NCBI GenBank assembly: GCA_963783385.1 | Contig: CAWANJ010000001.1 | Span: 1 to 64,000, forward strand | Direction of reading: 5' to 3' | Length of the DNA stretch: 64,000 bases | Source: an uncultured Gemmatimonadales bacterium | Lineage (GTDB): Bacteria > Gemmatimonadota > Gemmatimonadetes > Palauibacterales > Palauibacteraceae | Part shown: in pieces, positions 1 through 10,047 of the stretch | Numbering within the stretch: the first letter of the stretch is position 1 | Layout of the letters: each line of letters begins with the position of its first letter | Notes under the pieces: generated by a model | The model's database searches: none | Seen by the model: the letters and a program-made list of their open reading frames with translations, nothing else | Told to the model about the DNA's origin: nothing | Program-made: the position numbers and the translations under genes

Positions 1-17
1 CCTCGGGGCCCCGCGCC

Positions 18-1503
18 TCACTCCCTCCGTGGCGCCGTCATCCCCCACGGCCCCGGATCCAGCGTGAGCCCGGTAACCTCGTCCCGGCTTCGCTCGAACC
101 GGACCACGTCGTGCGCCCGGCCCTCGACCAGGAAGAGCTCGTGCTCGGCCGGGGTGAGCCGGTAGCTCCCGCCGTCGCGGAAGTACATGCGCCCCTGGCC
201 GGCGAACCGGCCCACCAGGCCATGGGCATCGAGCGCCACCGTCAGCGTCCCGCCCCCGGGGAAGGTGTACGCGCCGGCGTAGCGCCCCAGCTCCTCCGGG
301 TCCGGCGGCGAGGCCAGCGGCTTCGGAAGCGCCGGCAGCTCCGGGACGGCGCTCAGCACGGCGTCCCAGGCCAGCTCGGTGGCGGCCACGCCCAGCTCGA
401 CCGAGCCGAGCGCGGGGTTGTCGACCTCACCCGTCGTCACCGCGTACAGCGCGTCCCCGTCCTCCTGGGTCGAGAAGGGCTGGATGGCGCGCGCCATGGA
501 GGTATGGACCTGCACCGCCAGCCGCTGCAGCTCCCAGTAGGGCATCTTCTGGTTGGTGACGACCAGGGTGATGGTCGTGTTGCCGGTGGGGCCGCCGGCG
601 GCGGAGTCGGCCGCGGCCCCCGCCTCCGCTCCCGTCCCCTCCCCCGCGGCTCCGAGCGCGCGGCTCCGCCGGGCCAGCATCTCCGCAATGGTCGGGCACG
701 GATCGCCGGTCTCGTTTCGCCGGCAGCGCACCGCCCTCCCCCGGCGATCCACGATCGTGCCGAGCGCGTTCACGACCGTGAACACGCCGATCCTGGTGGA
801 ACCGATCGTCCGGAAGGCGCCGCCCTCGCCCGAGTGGGGCCACGAGACCATCCCCTCCAGGCTGTCGGGCTCTGCGAAGTAGTAGCCCTGCATCGCGAAG
901 CGGCCGGCCCCGTGCGCCCCGAGCGGGAACCAGCCGGGCCGGGCGGAGCGGAGCGCGGCGCGGCCCAGGCTGTCGTCCGGCGTCACGCGGCTGAACCGGC
1001 GCCAGCCCACGTCGTAGATGATGGCCCCCATGACGCCGGCAATGTCGTCGTAGTCCCCCTTGGCGAGCCGGAGGTCCTTGATCTGGTTCGCGGCGCCGGT
1101 CGCCGCCGACAGGCCGTACCACGAGCCGCCCGAGAGCACGACCGCGCTCAGCCACCGGTCCTGGTAGCCCAGCCGGGCCGCGGGCACGTTCACGGTTCCC
1201 GGGGCGCCGCCCCGGACGTCCGCCGCCGCCATCACGCCCTCCGGGAAGTAGAACACCGTGGTCCCCGTGGGCCCCTCGTCGTACTCGGCCACCCCCACCC
1301 GCATGGCGGGGAAGTCGAAGTGGAGGACGCGGCCGCCGGCGTCGGCGCCCGTGACGACCCGGGCCGGTGTCCTGGTCGCCTGCCCGGCCGCGGGAGCGGC
1401 GGCCAGGAGGACGGCGGCGCCGGCGAGGAGGGCGCCGCTCGCCGTGCCCCGGACCACGAGACGGCGGGCTCCGGAGCGCGTTTCGAACGAGGTCATGGCC
1501 ATT
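18..1503 (-). CDS. P1/DmpA-family (S58) L-aminopeptidase/D-esterase with signal peptide and C-terminal extra domain
   Basis: Motifs DVRGGAPGT, LSGGS, GAGR, VVNALG, GNTTI (autocleavage/nucleophile) and DGD; SD-like GAGAGG before ATG near 1503. Confidence 0.85.
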
Positions 1504-1596
1504 CCTCTCACCTGGATGTGCGAGAGCCGCCCGGCACGGGGGCCGGGCGGCTCGGGTCTCGCCCGCGCACGCGGCGGGCCGGCGCCTCGCTGGAGC

Positions 1597-2007
1597 CTAC
1601 GCCTCGATCGCCCCCAGCTGCTGCATCATGCCCATGGCGTCCCAGTTCGTGATGTGCTCGACGATCTTCCTGTCCCGGAGATGACTGGTGTCCGTGCCGG
1701 TCATCTCGACGTGCTTGCCCGTGGGGGCCTGCCCCATCCACTCGCCCTGCTGCGTGCCACGGAAGGTCCAGCGGGCCATCACCGTGTCGCCCTCGCCGAT
1801 CATCTCGTCGACCGTGAACGCCCCGTCGGGAAAACCCTCGCGCAGGGCCCTGACGACGTCCGTCAGCTCCCCGATCCCGCTGGCGGGCGGGATCTGGTTC
1901 ACCCGGAACGTGATGTCGTCGTCGATGAACTCGTGCACGGACGACACGTCGCCGTCGTTCCACATCTGGTTCCAGCGCCGCGCGACGGCCTTGTTCTGCT
2001 CGGACAT
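1597..2007 (-). CDS. SnoaL-like ester cyclase
   Basis: NKAVARRW, FPD...IGEGDTV, GTQQGEWMGQAPTGK and WDAMGMMQQLG are typical of the family. Confidence 0.9.
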   Translation of the reverse strand: MSEQNKAVARRWNQMWNDGDVSSVHEFIDDDITFRVNQIPPASGIGELTDVVRALREGFPDGAFTVDEMIGEGDTVMARWTFRGTQQGEWMGQAPTGKHVEMTGTDTSHLRDRKIVEHITNWDAMGMMQQLGAIEA

Positions 2008-2107
2008 GGGGGTACCTTTGTGCTCGGGTGGATGGGCGGGGAGTTATGAAAGATAGCGCGGGAGCGGCTGGCTGAGCAATGGACTCCGACGTCGCCCGGC
2101 GCCCCCC

Positions 2108-2941
2108 TCAGGAGCCTTGCTTCGTCAGATACAGGCGGAGATTCCCGAGGATCGTCTTCGAGGTCAGCTGGATCAGGGTCCGGCTCGGGTCGTCGCGCAC
2201 GTAGACCTCCGAGTGCCTCTCCGGCGCGAACAGGTCCGATCCCGGGATCTCCACGGCCAGGTGGATGACCCGGAAGGTACCCGCCGGCGTCCGAAGCGTC
2301 GTCCGCTCCAGCACGTGAATCGAGATCGGGTTGTCGGCCGCCCGGAAGTACTGCGGGATCAGGTAGTCGACCCCGGTATCGAGCGGCAGGGACAGGGGCA
2401 GGAACAGCACGGCGAGCTCGTCCAGCGGGACGACCGGCATGGGCCCGCTCAGGGCCTTGTCGTCCGGCGCGTCGGCCGCGGCCGTCCCGGGCAGGGGCAG
2501 GGTGTGATAGAGCCCATCGGACCGGCTCAGGTCCAGGCGGTAGGCCATGCGGAGCGGTCCCTCGTGCAACCGCCGGTCCGAGCGGAGCGTGCGCAGGGGC
2601 CGGACCGCGAGCCAGCTCACCAGACTGTCGTCGAGGACCAGGAAGAGCGCGCCGCCGGTGATCTTCAGCGTCACGCGGTAGGCGGCGACGCCGCCGTCGG
2701 TGGACTGGCTGTCCTGCACGGCCAGGGTGGCATGGCCCGCGTGGATCGGACCCAGGGACAGGCCGTACTCGAGCTTCTCGCCGGCCGGGAGAGCGGGCGT
2801 CTCCCCGAGCACCGGGACGACCGCGACCGTCTGCGCCGTCAGACTCGCGCCCGCATGTCCGGGGGAGGGAGTCGGGAGGAGCGCCAGGGCTCCACCCAGC
2901 ACGATCACCACCCGGTGCGGAACGCGACCCAGGTCCCTCAT
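2108..2941 (-). CDS. DUF3108 domain secreted beta-rich protein (paralogue 1)
   Basis: GEKLEY, G.A.L, TPAGTF and terminal L.L motifs; N-terminal hydrophobic signal. Confidence 0.75.
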   Translation of the reverse strand: MRDLGRVPHRVVIVLGGALALLPTPSPGHAGASLTAQTVAVVPVLGETPALPAGEKLEYGLSLGPIHAGHATLAVQDSQSTDGGVAAYRVTLKITGGALFLVLDDSLVSWLAVRPLRTLRSDRRLHEGPLRMAYRLDLSRSDGLYHTLPLPGTAAADAPDDKALSGPMPVVPLDELAVLFLPLSLPLDTGVDYLIPQYFRAADNPISIHVLERTTLRTPAGTFRVIHLAVEIPGSDLFAPERHSEVYVRDDPSRTLIQLTSKTILGNLRLYLTKQGS

Positions 2942-3112
2942 CGTCCACCTCCCCGGTGGTCCACCGGCGAGATCCCGGCGCCCTGGCGGTCCTGCCCTGA
3001 CGCCGGCCGTGCCGATTCGTTCGCCATCCTACACGCCCGTCGTCGGAATGTCCCGGCCGGTCGCCGGACCCGGGCCCGGCCGCGGACCGTCTCGGCCGCC
3101 GTGCCGATCGGG

Positions 3113-3143
3113 TTGACACGCGACCGGTGCCTGCCGATAGCGT
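3113..3143 (+). promoter_or_regulatory. Possible sigma70-type promoter for the NUDIX gene (possibly leaderless)
   Basis: TTGACA at 3113-3118 and TAGCGT at 3138-3143 (19-nt spacer, non-optimal), 5 nt before ATG 3149. Confidence 0.3.
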
Positions 3144-3148
3144 GAGGC

Positions 3149-3547
3149 ATGCGTCACCGCCCGCCCCGGCCTGTCGTCCCTGTGGTGGCCGCCGTCATCC
3201 GCCGCGGCGACGCCGTCCTCCTCGGCCTTCGCCCCGCGGCCAAGCGGCACGGCCTGATGTGGGAGTTCCCGGGCGGTAAGGTCGTGGACGGAGAGTCGTT
3301 CGCCGAGGCTCTCTCCCGGGAGCTGCAGGAGGAGCTCCGGGTGTCCGTGATCGACGTGCGCGAGGCGCTGTTCGTGGCCCGCGACCCGGGCTCGCCGTTC
3401 GAGATCCACTTCGTGCCCGTCCGGATCGCGGGGACGCCCCGGGCGGTCGAGCACGAGGAGCTCCGCTGGGCCGATTCCACCGAGCTCGACTCCCTGCCCC
3501 TCGCCCCCGCGGATGCGCGCTTCGCCAACGAGGTGCTCGCCGGCTAG
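3149..3547 (+). CDS. NUDIX hydrolase, MutT/NudG-like
   Basis: Nudix box WEFPGGKVVDGESFAEALSRELQEEL. Confidence 0.9.
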   Translation: MRHRPPRPVVPVVAAVIRRGDAVLLGLRPAAKRHGLMWEFPGGKVVDGESFAEALSRELQEELRVSVIDVREALFVARDPGSPFEIHFVPVRIAGTPRAVEHEELRWADSTELDSLPLAPADARFANEVLAG

Positions 3548-3744
3548 TTCGCGCCCCCCGGCGCTCCTCGAGGCTCTGCCCCCGCTTCCCCCTCCCGCTT
3601 CCCCGCCCCATCGCCGGCCCCCACCCCACCCTCCTGAAACCGCCTCTCCGAATGCCTCGTAGGAAAGGACGCAGCAGGCTCGAAGACCGACGTGGACCTA
3701 CGGGTTGAAGTGGAAGGGGTGAAGTGTTGACGCGGTACAAAGCC

Positions 3745-6456
3745 ATGATGTTGTCGCTGGTGGGCCTCGTCGCCGCCCCCACCGCTTGCCTGCTGGCACC
3801 CTCCCCGATCCTGGCCCAGGCCCGCCGGGACTCCTCGCGGGCCCGGCCCACGGCCATCGCCGTCCGCCGCTCGGGCCCGATCCACGTGGACGGCCGGCTG
3901 GACGAGGCGGCCTGGAAGGAAGCCTCGCCGGCCGCGGGCTTCACCCAGCAGAGCCCCGACGAGGGGGCGGCCGCCTCCGGGCGCACGGACGTGCGCTTCC
4001 TGTACGACGACGACGCGCTCTACGTCGGCGCCCGCATGCACGACCCGAAGGCACCGGCGGGCATCACGGCCCGCCTGGCGCGCCGGGACGACGACCCGCA
4101 GTCGGACGAGCTCCAGATTCAGCTCGACCTCTACCACGACCGGCTCCACCACGTGACCTTCGCGGTGGACCCGGCGGGCTGGCGCGGCGACTGGAACGAC
4201 GGCGACGACTCCTGGGACCCGGTGTGGCAGGAGGCGACCAGCGTGGACTCGGGCGGCTGGACGGCGGAGATCCGCATCCCGTTCAGCCAGCTCCAGTTCT
4301 CGAGCGACTCGCTGCAGACGTGGGGGCTCGAGATCATCCGCGTCGTGCACCGCACCCAGGAGAAGGACATGTGGTCCTTCTACCGGCTCGACCAGGCCGG
4401 GGGGCCCTCCTTCTACGGGACGCTGGCGGGGATCCGGCTGGGGACCCAGCCGCTGCACGCCGAGGTCCTTCCCTACGTGACCACCCGGGCCCAGCGCCTG
4501 GGCACGGCCGACCCGTCGAGCCCGTTCTACGACCCGCACACGGCCAACCTCCGCTTCGGCGGGAGCTTCAAGTACCTGGTGAACTCGAGCTTCACGCTGT
4601 CGGGGACGGTGAATCCGGACTTCGGCCAGGTGGAGGTGGACCCGGCGGTCGTGAACCTGTCGGCCTACGAGACCTACTACAGCGAGAAGCGCCCCTTCTT
4701 CGTGCAGGGCGCGGGCGTGTTCGGCTTCGGGAGCCCGGGCTGCCACATCAACTGCCGCGGCATGTCCCTGTTCTACTCGCGCCGCATCGGCGCCGCGCCG
4801 CCGGGGGCGGGCCTGGCGGACTCCGAGGGGGCGTTCGCCAGCGTCCCCGACAACACCACGATCCTGGGCGCCACCAAGCTCACCGGCCGCACCAGGGGCG
4901 GCACGACCGTGGGCGTCCTCGATGCGATGACCGGCACCGAGACGGCCCGGGTGGCCCGCGCCGACAGCACCCTATTCAGCCAGCCGGTCGCGCCCCTCAC
5001 CAACGACTTCGTCGGCCGGGTGAAGCAGGACCTGGATGGTGGGAACCTGGTCCTGGGCGGAATCTTCACGTCGGTGGACCGCAAGCTCTCCAGCCCCGGC
5101 CTGCGGAGCCTCCTCCCCGCCTCGGCCCGGGTGGCGGGCGCGGACCTCGACTACTACTGGGACCAGCACAACTACTCATTCTACGCGGCGGTCGCCGCCT
5201 CGCGCGTCGCCGGGGACTCGGCCGCCATGCTCGGCGTCCAGCGGTCGAGCGCGCGCTACTTCCAGCGCCCCGACCGAACCACCACCGGCGACGGCCTGTT
5301 CTCGGCCGCCTACCGGCCCGGCGCCACCGCCCTGGACGGCTACTCGGTCCGCATGCGGCTCGACCGCGAGGGCGGGGGCTGGATCGGCGACATCAACGCC
5401 GCCGCCGTGAGTCCCGGCTTCGACGCCAACGACCTCGGCTTCCAGACGCGCTCCGACTACCTGTGGCTGAACGGCTCCGTGATCCGGCAGCTCACCACGC
5501 CCACCGGCTGGTACCGTTCCCTCCTGTTCGGCGGCGGCGTCGAGCGCTACTGGAACTACGACGGCGACATCACGACGACCGACGCGACCGGCGCCGTGAT
5601 CTGGCAGCTCCTGAACTACTGGCAGCTCAAGGTCATCTATCAGCACGACCTGCCCGCGCTCGACGACCGTGCCACGCGGGGCGGGCCGCTGGTGCGCACG
5701 CCCGGATCGAACTTCGAGTCGCTCGAGGTGACGAGCGACCCGCGCCAGGCGGTGACCGTGGACGCGACCGGCTCGCTCTCCCAGACGGACGCCGGCGGCT
5801 ATCAGCACCAGCTGCGGCTGTCGGCCACCTGGCGCCCCTCGCCCAACCTCTCGGTCAGCCTCGGTCCGAGCTTCAGCCACACGGTCCTCACCGACCAGTA
5901 CGTGACCACCGTCGCCGACCCGACGGCCGCCGCGTTCTACGGCCACCGCTACGTTTTCTCGCACCTGGACGAGAAGGAGCTCGCGATGGAGACGCGCGTG
6001 AACGTCACCTTCACACCGGACCTGTCTTTCGAGCTCTTCCTCCAGCCCCTGATCGCCAGCGGGCGGTTCTACGACTTCGAGGAATACGCCGCGCCGCGGC
6101 GCGAGAAGAAGCTCGTGTACGGACAGGACATCGGGACGATCGCGCCGATCTACGCGGACGGATCGGGCGCTGGCGCGTCGATGGTCACCGGCTACACGAT
6201 CGACCCGGACGGGTCGGGACCCGCGTCCAGCTTCCAGCTCACCAACCCCAACTTCGATCGCCGCTCGCTACGGGGCACCGCGGTCCTGCGCTGGGAGTGG
6301 CGCCCCGGCTCGACCGCCTATCTGGTGTGGACCCAGACCCGGGGCGGCCGGGCGGGCCTGGGCACCATGGCCCTGGGACGGGACCTGAGCGCGCTCGGGA
6401 ACCTTCCACCCGACAACACCTTCGAGCTCAAGATCACCTACTGGCTGCCGCTGTAG
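3745..6456 (+). CDS. DUF5916 / CBM9-like outer-membrane protein
   Basis: DGRLDEAAW, YDDDALYVG, WTAEIRIPFSQL, NPDFGQVEVD, EKRPFF, LFYSRRIG; ends ITYWLPL like a beta-barrel; start uncertain (3724-3748). Confidence 0.85.
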   Translation: MMLSLVGLVAAPTACLLAPSPILAQARRDSSRARPTAIAVRRSGPIHVDGRLDEAAWKEASPAAGFTQQSPDEGAAASGRTDVRFLYDDDALYVGARMHDPKAPAGITARLARRDDDPQSDELQIQLDLYHDRLHHVTFAVDPAGWRGDWNDGDDSWDPVWQEATSVDSGGWTAEIRIPFSQLQFSSDSLQTWGLEIIRVVHRTQEKDMWSFYRLDQAGGPSFYGTLAGIRLGTQPLHAEVLPYVTTRAQRLGTADPSSPFYDPHTANLRFGGSFKYLVNSSFTLSGTVNPDFGQVEVDPAVVNLSAYETYYSEKRPFFVQGAGVFGFGSPGCHINCRGMSLFYSRRIGAAPPGAGLADSEGAFASVPDNTTILGATKLTGRTRGGTTVGVLDAMTGTETARVARADSTLFSQPVAPLTNDFVGRVKQDLDGGNLVLGGIFTSVDRKLSSPGLRSLLPASARVAGADLDYYWDQHNYSFYAAVAASRVAGDSAAMLGVQRSSARYFQRPDRTTTGDGLFSAAYRPGATALDGYSVRMRLDREGGGWIGDINAAAVSPGFDANDLGFQTRSDYLWLNGSVIRQLTTPTGWYRSLLFGGGVERYWNYDGDITTTDATGAVIWQLLNYWQLKVIYQHDLPALDDRATRGGPLVRTPGSNFESLEVTSDPRQAVTVDATGSLSQTDAGGYQHQLRLSATWRPSPNLSVSLGPSFSHTVLTDQYVTTVADPTAAAFYGHRYVFSHLDEKELAMETRVNVTFTPDLSFELFLQPLIASGRFYDFEEYAAPRREKKLVYGQDIGTIAPIYADGSGAGASMVTGYTIDPDGSGPASSFQLTNPNFDRRSLRGTAVLRWEWRPGSTAYLVWTQTRGGRAGLGTMALGRDLSALGNLPPDNTFELKITYWLPL

Positions 6457-6540
6457 GCGGACCGCCGCCCCTGTCACGATCGGGGCCTCCGCTCCGTCTC
6501 CCGGGCCGAGGACTCCTTCGAGCACGGGGAAGAGCCAACC

Positions 6541-7725
6541 ATGAACATCGCCATCCAGGGCGCCGGCATCGGCGGTCCCACTCTCGCCTACTGGCTGCGC
6601 CGCGCCGGACACGAGCCCACGCTGATCGAGGAGGCGCCGCGCCTCCGCACCGGGGGCTACGTCATCGATTTCTGGGGCGTCGGCTACACGATCGCCGAGC
6701 GCATGGGCATCCTGCCCGAAGTGCTGGAGGCGGGATACAGCTTCGGCGAGCTCCGCCTCCTCGACGCCCGCGGCCGACGGGTGGGCGGCTTCTCGACGGA
6801 CGTCTTCCGGCGCATGACCGGCGGACGGTTCACCAGCCTGCCCCGCGGAGACCTCGCCGCCGCCATTTACCGCGCGGTCGAGGGGCGGGTCGAGACCCTG
6901 TTCGGCGAGTCGATCGCGTCGCTCGAGGAAGGCGACGGAGGCGTGCGAGTCACGCTCGACGGCGGCGCGACCCGCGACTTCGACCTCGTCGTGGGAGCCG
7001 ATGGCCTCCACTCCCGGGTTCGCCGCCTGGTGTTCGGGCCGGAGGAGCGGTTCGAGAAGCGGCTGGGCTACCGGGTGGCGACCTTCGAGGTCGAGGGATA
7101 CCGGCCGCGCGACGAGCTCGTGTACGTGGCCCACGCGGAGCCCGGCCGCCAGCTGGCCCGCATTGCTCTCCGCGGCGACCGCACCGTCTTCCTCCTCGTC
7201 TTCCGGGCGGACGTCATGCAGCGACCGGAGCCCACCGACCTCGAAGAGACCCGCGCTCTGCTCCGGGAGGTCTTCGGAGAGTCGGGCTGGGAGGCGCCGC
7301 GCATCCTGGACGCGATGGACGCCGCGCCGAGCCTCTATTACGACCGGGTGAGCCAGATCCGGATGCCCGCGTGGTCCAGGGGCCGGGTGATGCTCGTCGG
7401 CGACGCGGCGGCCGCCGTGTCCCTCCTCGCCGGCGAGGGGACCGGCCTGGCGATGACGGAGGCCTACGTGCTGGCCGGTGAGCTGGGGCTCGCGAAAGGC
7501 GATTTCCGCGCGGCCTTCCGGAGCCAGGAGGAGCGGCTCCGTCCCTTCGTCGAGGGGAAGCAGGAAGCGGCCGAGGGCTTCGCCTCCTCCTTCCTCCCCC
7601 GGACTCGCCTGGGCATTCGGTTCCGGAACCAGGTGACCCGGGTCATGGGCCTTCCCAAGGTGGCGGAGTTCACCGTGGGCCGGACCGTCGCCGACGACGT
7701 CGAGCTGCCGGAATACGCCCTGTGA
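6541..7725 (+). CDS. FAD-dependent monooxygenase/oxidoreductase
   Basis: GAGIGG, VGADG and LVGDAA flavin motifs. Confidence 0.9.
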   Translation: MNIAIQGAGIGGPTLAYWLRRAGHEPTLIEEAPRLRTGGYVIDFWGVGYTIAERMGILPEVLEAGYSFGELRLLDARGRRVGGFSTDVFRRMTGGRFTSLPRGDLAAAIYRAVEGRVETLFGESIASLEEGDGGVRVTLDGGATRDFDLVVGADGLHSRVRRLVFGPEERFEKRLGYRVATFEVEGYRPRDELVYVAHAEPGRQLARIALRGDRTVFLLVFRADVMQRPEPTDLEETRALLREVFGESGWEAPRILDAMDAAPSLYYDRVSQIRMPAWSRGRVMLVGDAAAAVSLLAGEGTGLAMTEAYVLAGELGLAKGDFRAAFRSQEERLRPFVEGKQEAAEGFASSFLPRTRLGIRFRNQVTRVMGLPKVAEFTVGRTVADDVELPEYAL

Positions 7726-7730
7726 GACGT

Positions 7731-7792
7731 CGGACCGGCCGTCGACGCGGCGGCACCGGACCGGCCGTCGACGCGGCGGCACCGGACCGGCC
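7731..7792. repeat. 26-bp tandem repeat, about 2.4 copies
   Basis: CGGACCGGCCGTCGACGCGGCGGCAC at 7731 and 7757, partial copy at 7783. Confidence 0.9.
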
Positions 7793-8091
7793 CCTGCACC
7801 GGCCGGACATTCAACTGGCCGGCAGGGTCTTGACAGCTTTCCGTTGACGGTCGGCGCGGGGGCCGGCCCCCCGTCTCGATCCGGCCTCCGGGCCCCTTGA
7901 GGCCCCCTCTCCCGCCCGTGCGCCCTTCTCTCCCCTTCGCTTCTCCTCCCACCCCGCGTTGATCCCGCAGCCGCCGCCTCCTGAGACCCAAAATTAGCCC
8001 TGTATATTGGTGGGCAAGGAGTTCCGGGCCTTCGCGGGTCGCGCGGCGGGGCCCCGGAAGGCCGCCACATGGGTCGGGATGGGAGGGGACG

Positions 8092-9855
8092 ATGGGAGCG
8101 ATGGGACTGGCGCTGGCCCTGCACGAAGTGGCCGGGATGGGTTACGGAGAGGAGCAAGGGCTCCGAACCCCGGGGATCGGGGGCCCGGCGGCGGGCCTGG
8201 GCGTCCCCGCCGAGACGCGACCCGGGTCGGACGTCCCCGCGGGGACGCGCCGGAAGCCGGGCGCGGCGGAGGAGGCCGCCGACCCGGACTCCCTCGACCG
8301 GCTCGGGGACCAGATCGCCACGCTGGCGGCGCACATTCACGCGGCCACCCACCGGCTTCTCAGCCTGATCGCCTGCTTCGACCGGCTGCGGGGCTGGGAG
8401 GCGGCCGGCCACCGGGGCTGCGCGGAGTGGCTGGCCTGGCGCACCGGCATGGACCCCCACACGGCCCGAGAGCACGTCCGGGTGGCGAGGGCCCTCGAGG
8501 CGCTGCCCGAGACGAGCGCGTCGATGAGCCGTGGCCGGCTCTCCTTCTCCAAGGTGCGGGCCCTGACCCGGGTGGCGGACCCGGAGAACGAAGCCGACCT
8601 CCTCGAGCTGGCCGAAGGGGTGACGGCGGCCCGGCTGGAGCGCGTGGTCCGGGCGTGGAAGCGAGGGAGCCGGCAGGACGAGGCCCGCCGAACCGAACAG
8701 CTCCACCGCCTGCGCCGACTGTCGGTCTTCCCCGACGAGGAGGGCATGTACGTGATCCGGGGTCGGCTCGAGCCCGAGGTCGGAGCCCTCCTCATGCGCG
8801 CCGTCGAGGCGGCCGCCGATGCGCTCTACCGGGAGGAGCGCAGGGCGGACGGCGAGGAGCGGACCCGGGCCCCGCAGCGGGCCCCGCAGCCGGAGTCCGA
8901 TCCGGACGTCCCCGCGGAGACGTCCGATCGCGTCCCCGCGGAGACGCCGACCCCCGGCGGAGCGGAGGCCCCGTGCACCTTCCGCGACACGAGCCGGGAG
9001 GCGGCCCGCCGGCGGGCCGACGCGCTCGGGCTGCTGGCCGAGCGGGCGCTGGCGGCCGGCTTCGGAGGCGCGGCCGGCTTCGGAGGCGCAGGCCTGGACG
9101 GGGACGAGAGTGCGGGCGGGGAGGAAGGCGACGCCTCCCCCTCCGACGCCCCGATCAGCGGCACGCGGGCCGAGCGCTACCAGGTCCTCCTGCACGTGGA
9201 CGCCGACACCCTGTCGGCCGGCCGCGAGCCCGGCCGCTCGGAGCTCGAGGACGGCACCCGCGTCTCCGCGGAGACGTCCCGCAGGCTGGCCTGCGACGCG
9301 GCCGTCGTCCGGGTCGAGCACGCGCCCGAGCAGGGCCCCCTCCTCTCGGTCGGCCGCCGCACCCGCACCATCCCGCCGGCGCTCCGCCGGGCGCTCGAGG
9401 TCCGGGACCGCGGCTGCCGGTTCCCGGGCTGCGGGCTCCGCTTCACCGACGCCCACCACGTCGAGCACTGGGCCGACGGCGGGGAAACCAGCCTGGACAA
9501 CTGCCTCCTCCTGTGCCGCTACCATCACCGGCTCGTCCACGAGGGCGGCTGGCGGCTGGAGTGGTGGGGGAAGGGCCGGGCCGTGTTCCGGGATCCGCGC
9601 GGCTTCGATCACTTCGACGAGACCCGCGAAGCCGGGGTCTGGGCCCGGAGCCGGACCCGGAGCCGGAGCTCGCAGCGAAGCTCGAGCCGGACGAGCCACG
9701 AGGGATCGCCGGACGCCCTCGTTCGCGCCAACCGGCTCCACGGCGCCGACCCGGGCCCCCTGGCCGCCTCGGCCCGCTGGAAGCGGGAGCGCGACATCCC
9801 CGACGACGTCTGGTTCCGAGCCATGGAGGCGGGGATGGAGCCGGCTTCAGGCTGA
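8092..9855 (+). CDS. DUF222 + HNH endonuclease (13E12/Rv1128c-like)
   Basis: N-terminal WLAWRTG...AREHVRVARAL...GRLSFSKVRALTRVA; C-terminal RDRGCRFPGC...HHVEHWADGGETSLDN...LCRYHHRLVH; SD GGGAGG upstream. Confidence 0.9.
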   Translation: MGAMGLALALHEVAGMGYGEEQGLRTPGIGGPAAGLGVPAETRPGSDVPAGTRRKPGAAEEAADPDSLDRLGDQIATLAAHIHAATHRLLSLIACFDRLRGWEAAGHRGCAEWLAWRTGMDPHTAREHVRVARALEALPETSASMSRGRLSFSKVRALTRVADPENEADLLELAEGVTAARLERVVRAWKRGSRQDEARRTEQLHRLRRLSVFPDEEGMYVIRGRLEPEVGALLMRAVEAAADALYREERRADGEERTRAPQRAPQPESDPDVPAETSDRVPAETPTPGGAEAPCTFRDTSREAARRRADALGLLAERALAAGFGGAAGFGGAGLDGDESAGGEEGDASPSDAPISGTRAERYQVLLHVDADTLSAGREPGRSELEDGTRVSAETSRRLACDAAVVRVEHAPEQGPLLSVGRRTRTIPPALRRALEVRDRGCRFPGCGLRFTDAHHVEHWADGGETSLDNCLLLCRYHHRLVHEGGWRLEWWGKGRAVFRDPRGFDHFDETREAGVWARSRTRSRSSQRSSSRTSHEGSPDALVRANRLHGADPGPLAASARWKRERDIPDDVWFRAMEAGMEPASG

Positions 9856-10012
9856 TTCCCGACACGGCGCGTCCCCGCGGGGACGTCTCCATCGAGCTCG
9901 CGCCGGCACCGATCCGGGGCGCACAGCTCGCGCCGCAGGGCCGCGGCGGGCCCGCGTCCGGAAACTCTCGCCTCGGGCATTGTTCGCGAAACCGCACGTC
10001 CCCGCGGGGACG
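8202..10012. repeat. Seven dispersed copies of the 16-bp palindrome CGTCYCCGCGGRGACG
   Basis: Copies start at 8202, 8232, 8907, 8931, 9261, 9870 and 9997; those at 8232, 9261, 9870 and 9997 are perfect palindromes. Confidence 0.9.
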
Positions 10013-10047
10013 TCACCGACGCCGGAGACCGCCCCTGCTCCGCCGCC

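Noticed and set aside
8202-10012. Palindromes as CRISPR repeats or integron attC sites
   Set aside because: Spacing is irregular (24-675 bp), most copies are inside a CDS, and there are no RYYYAAC/GTTRRRY ends, cas genes or integrase.
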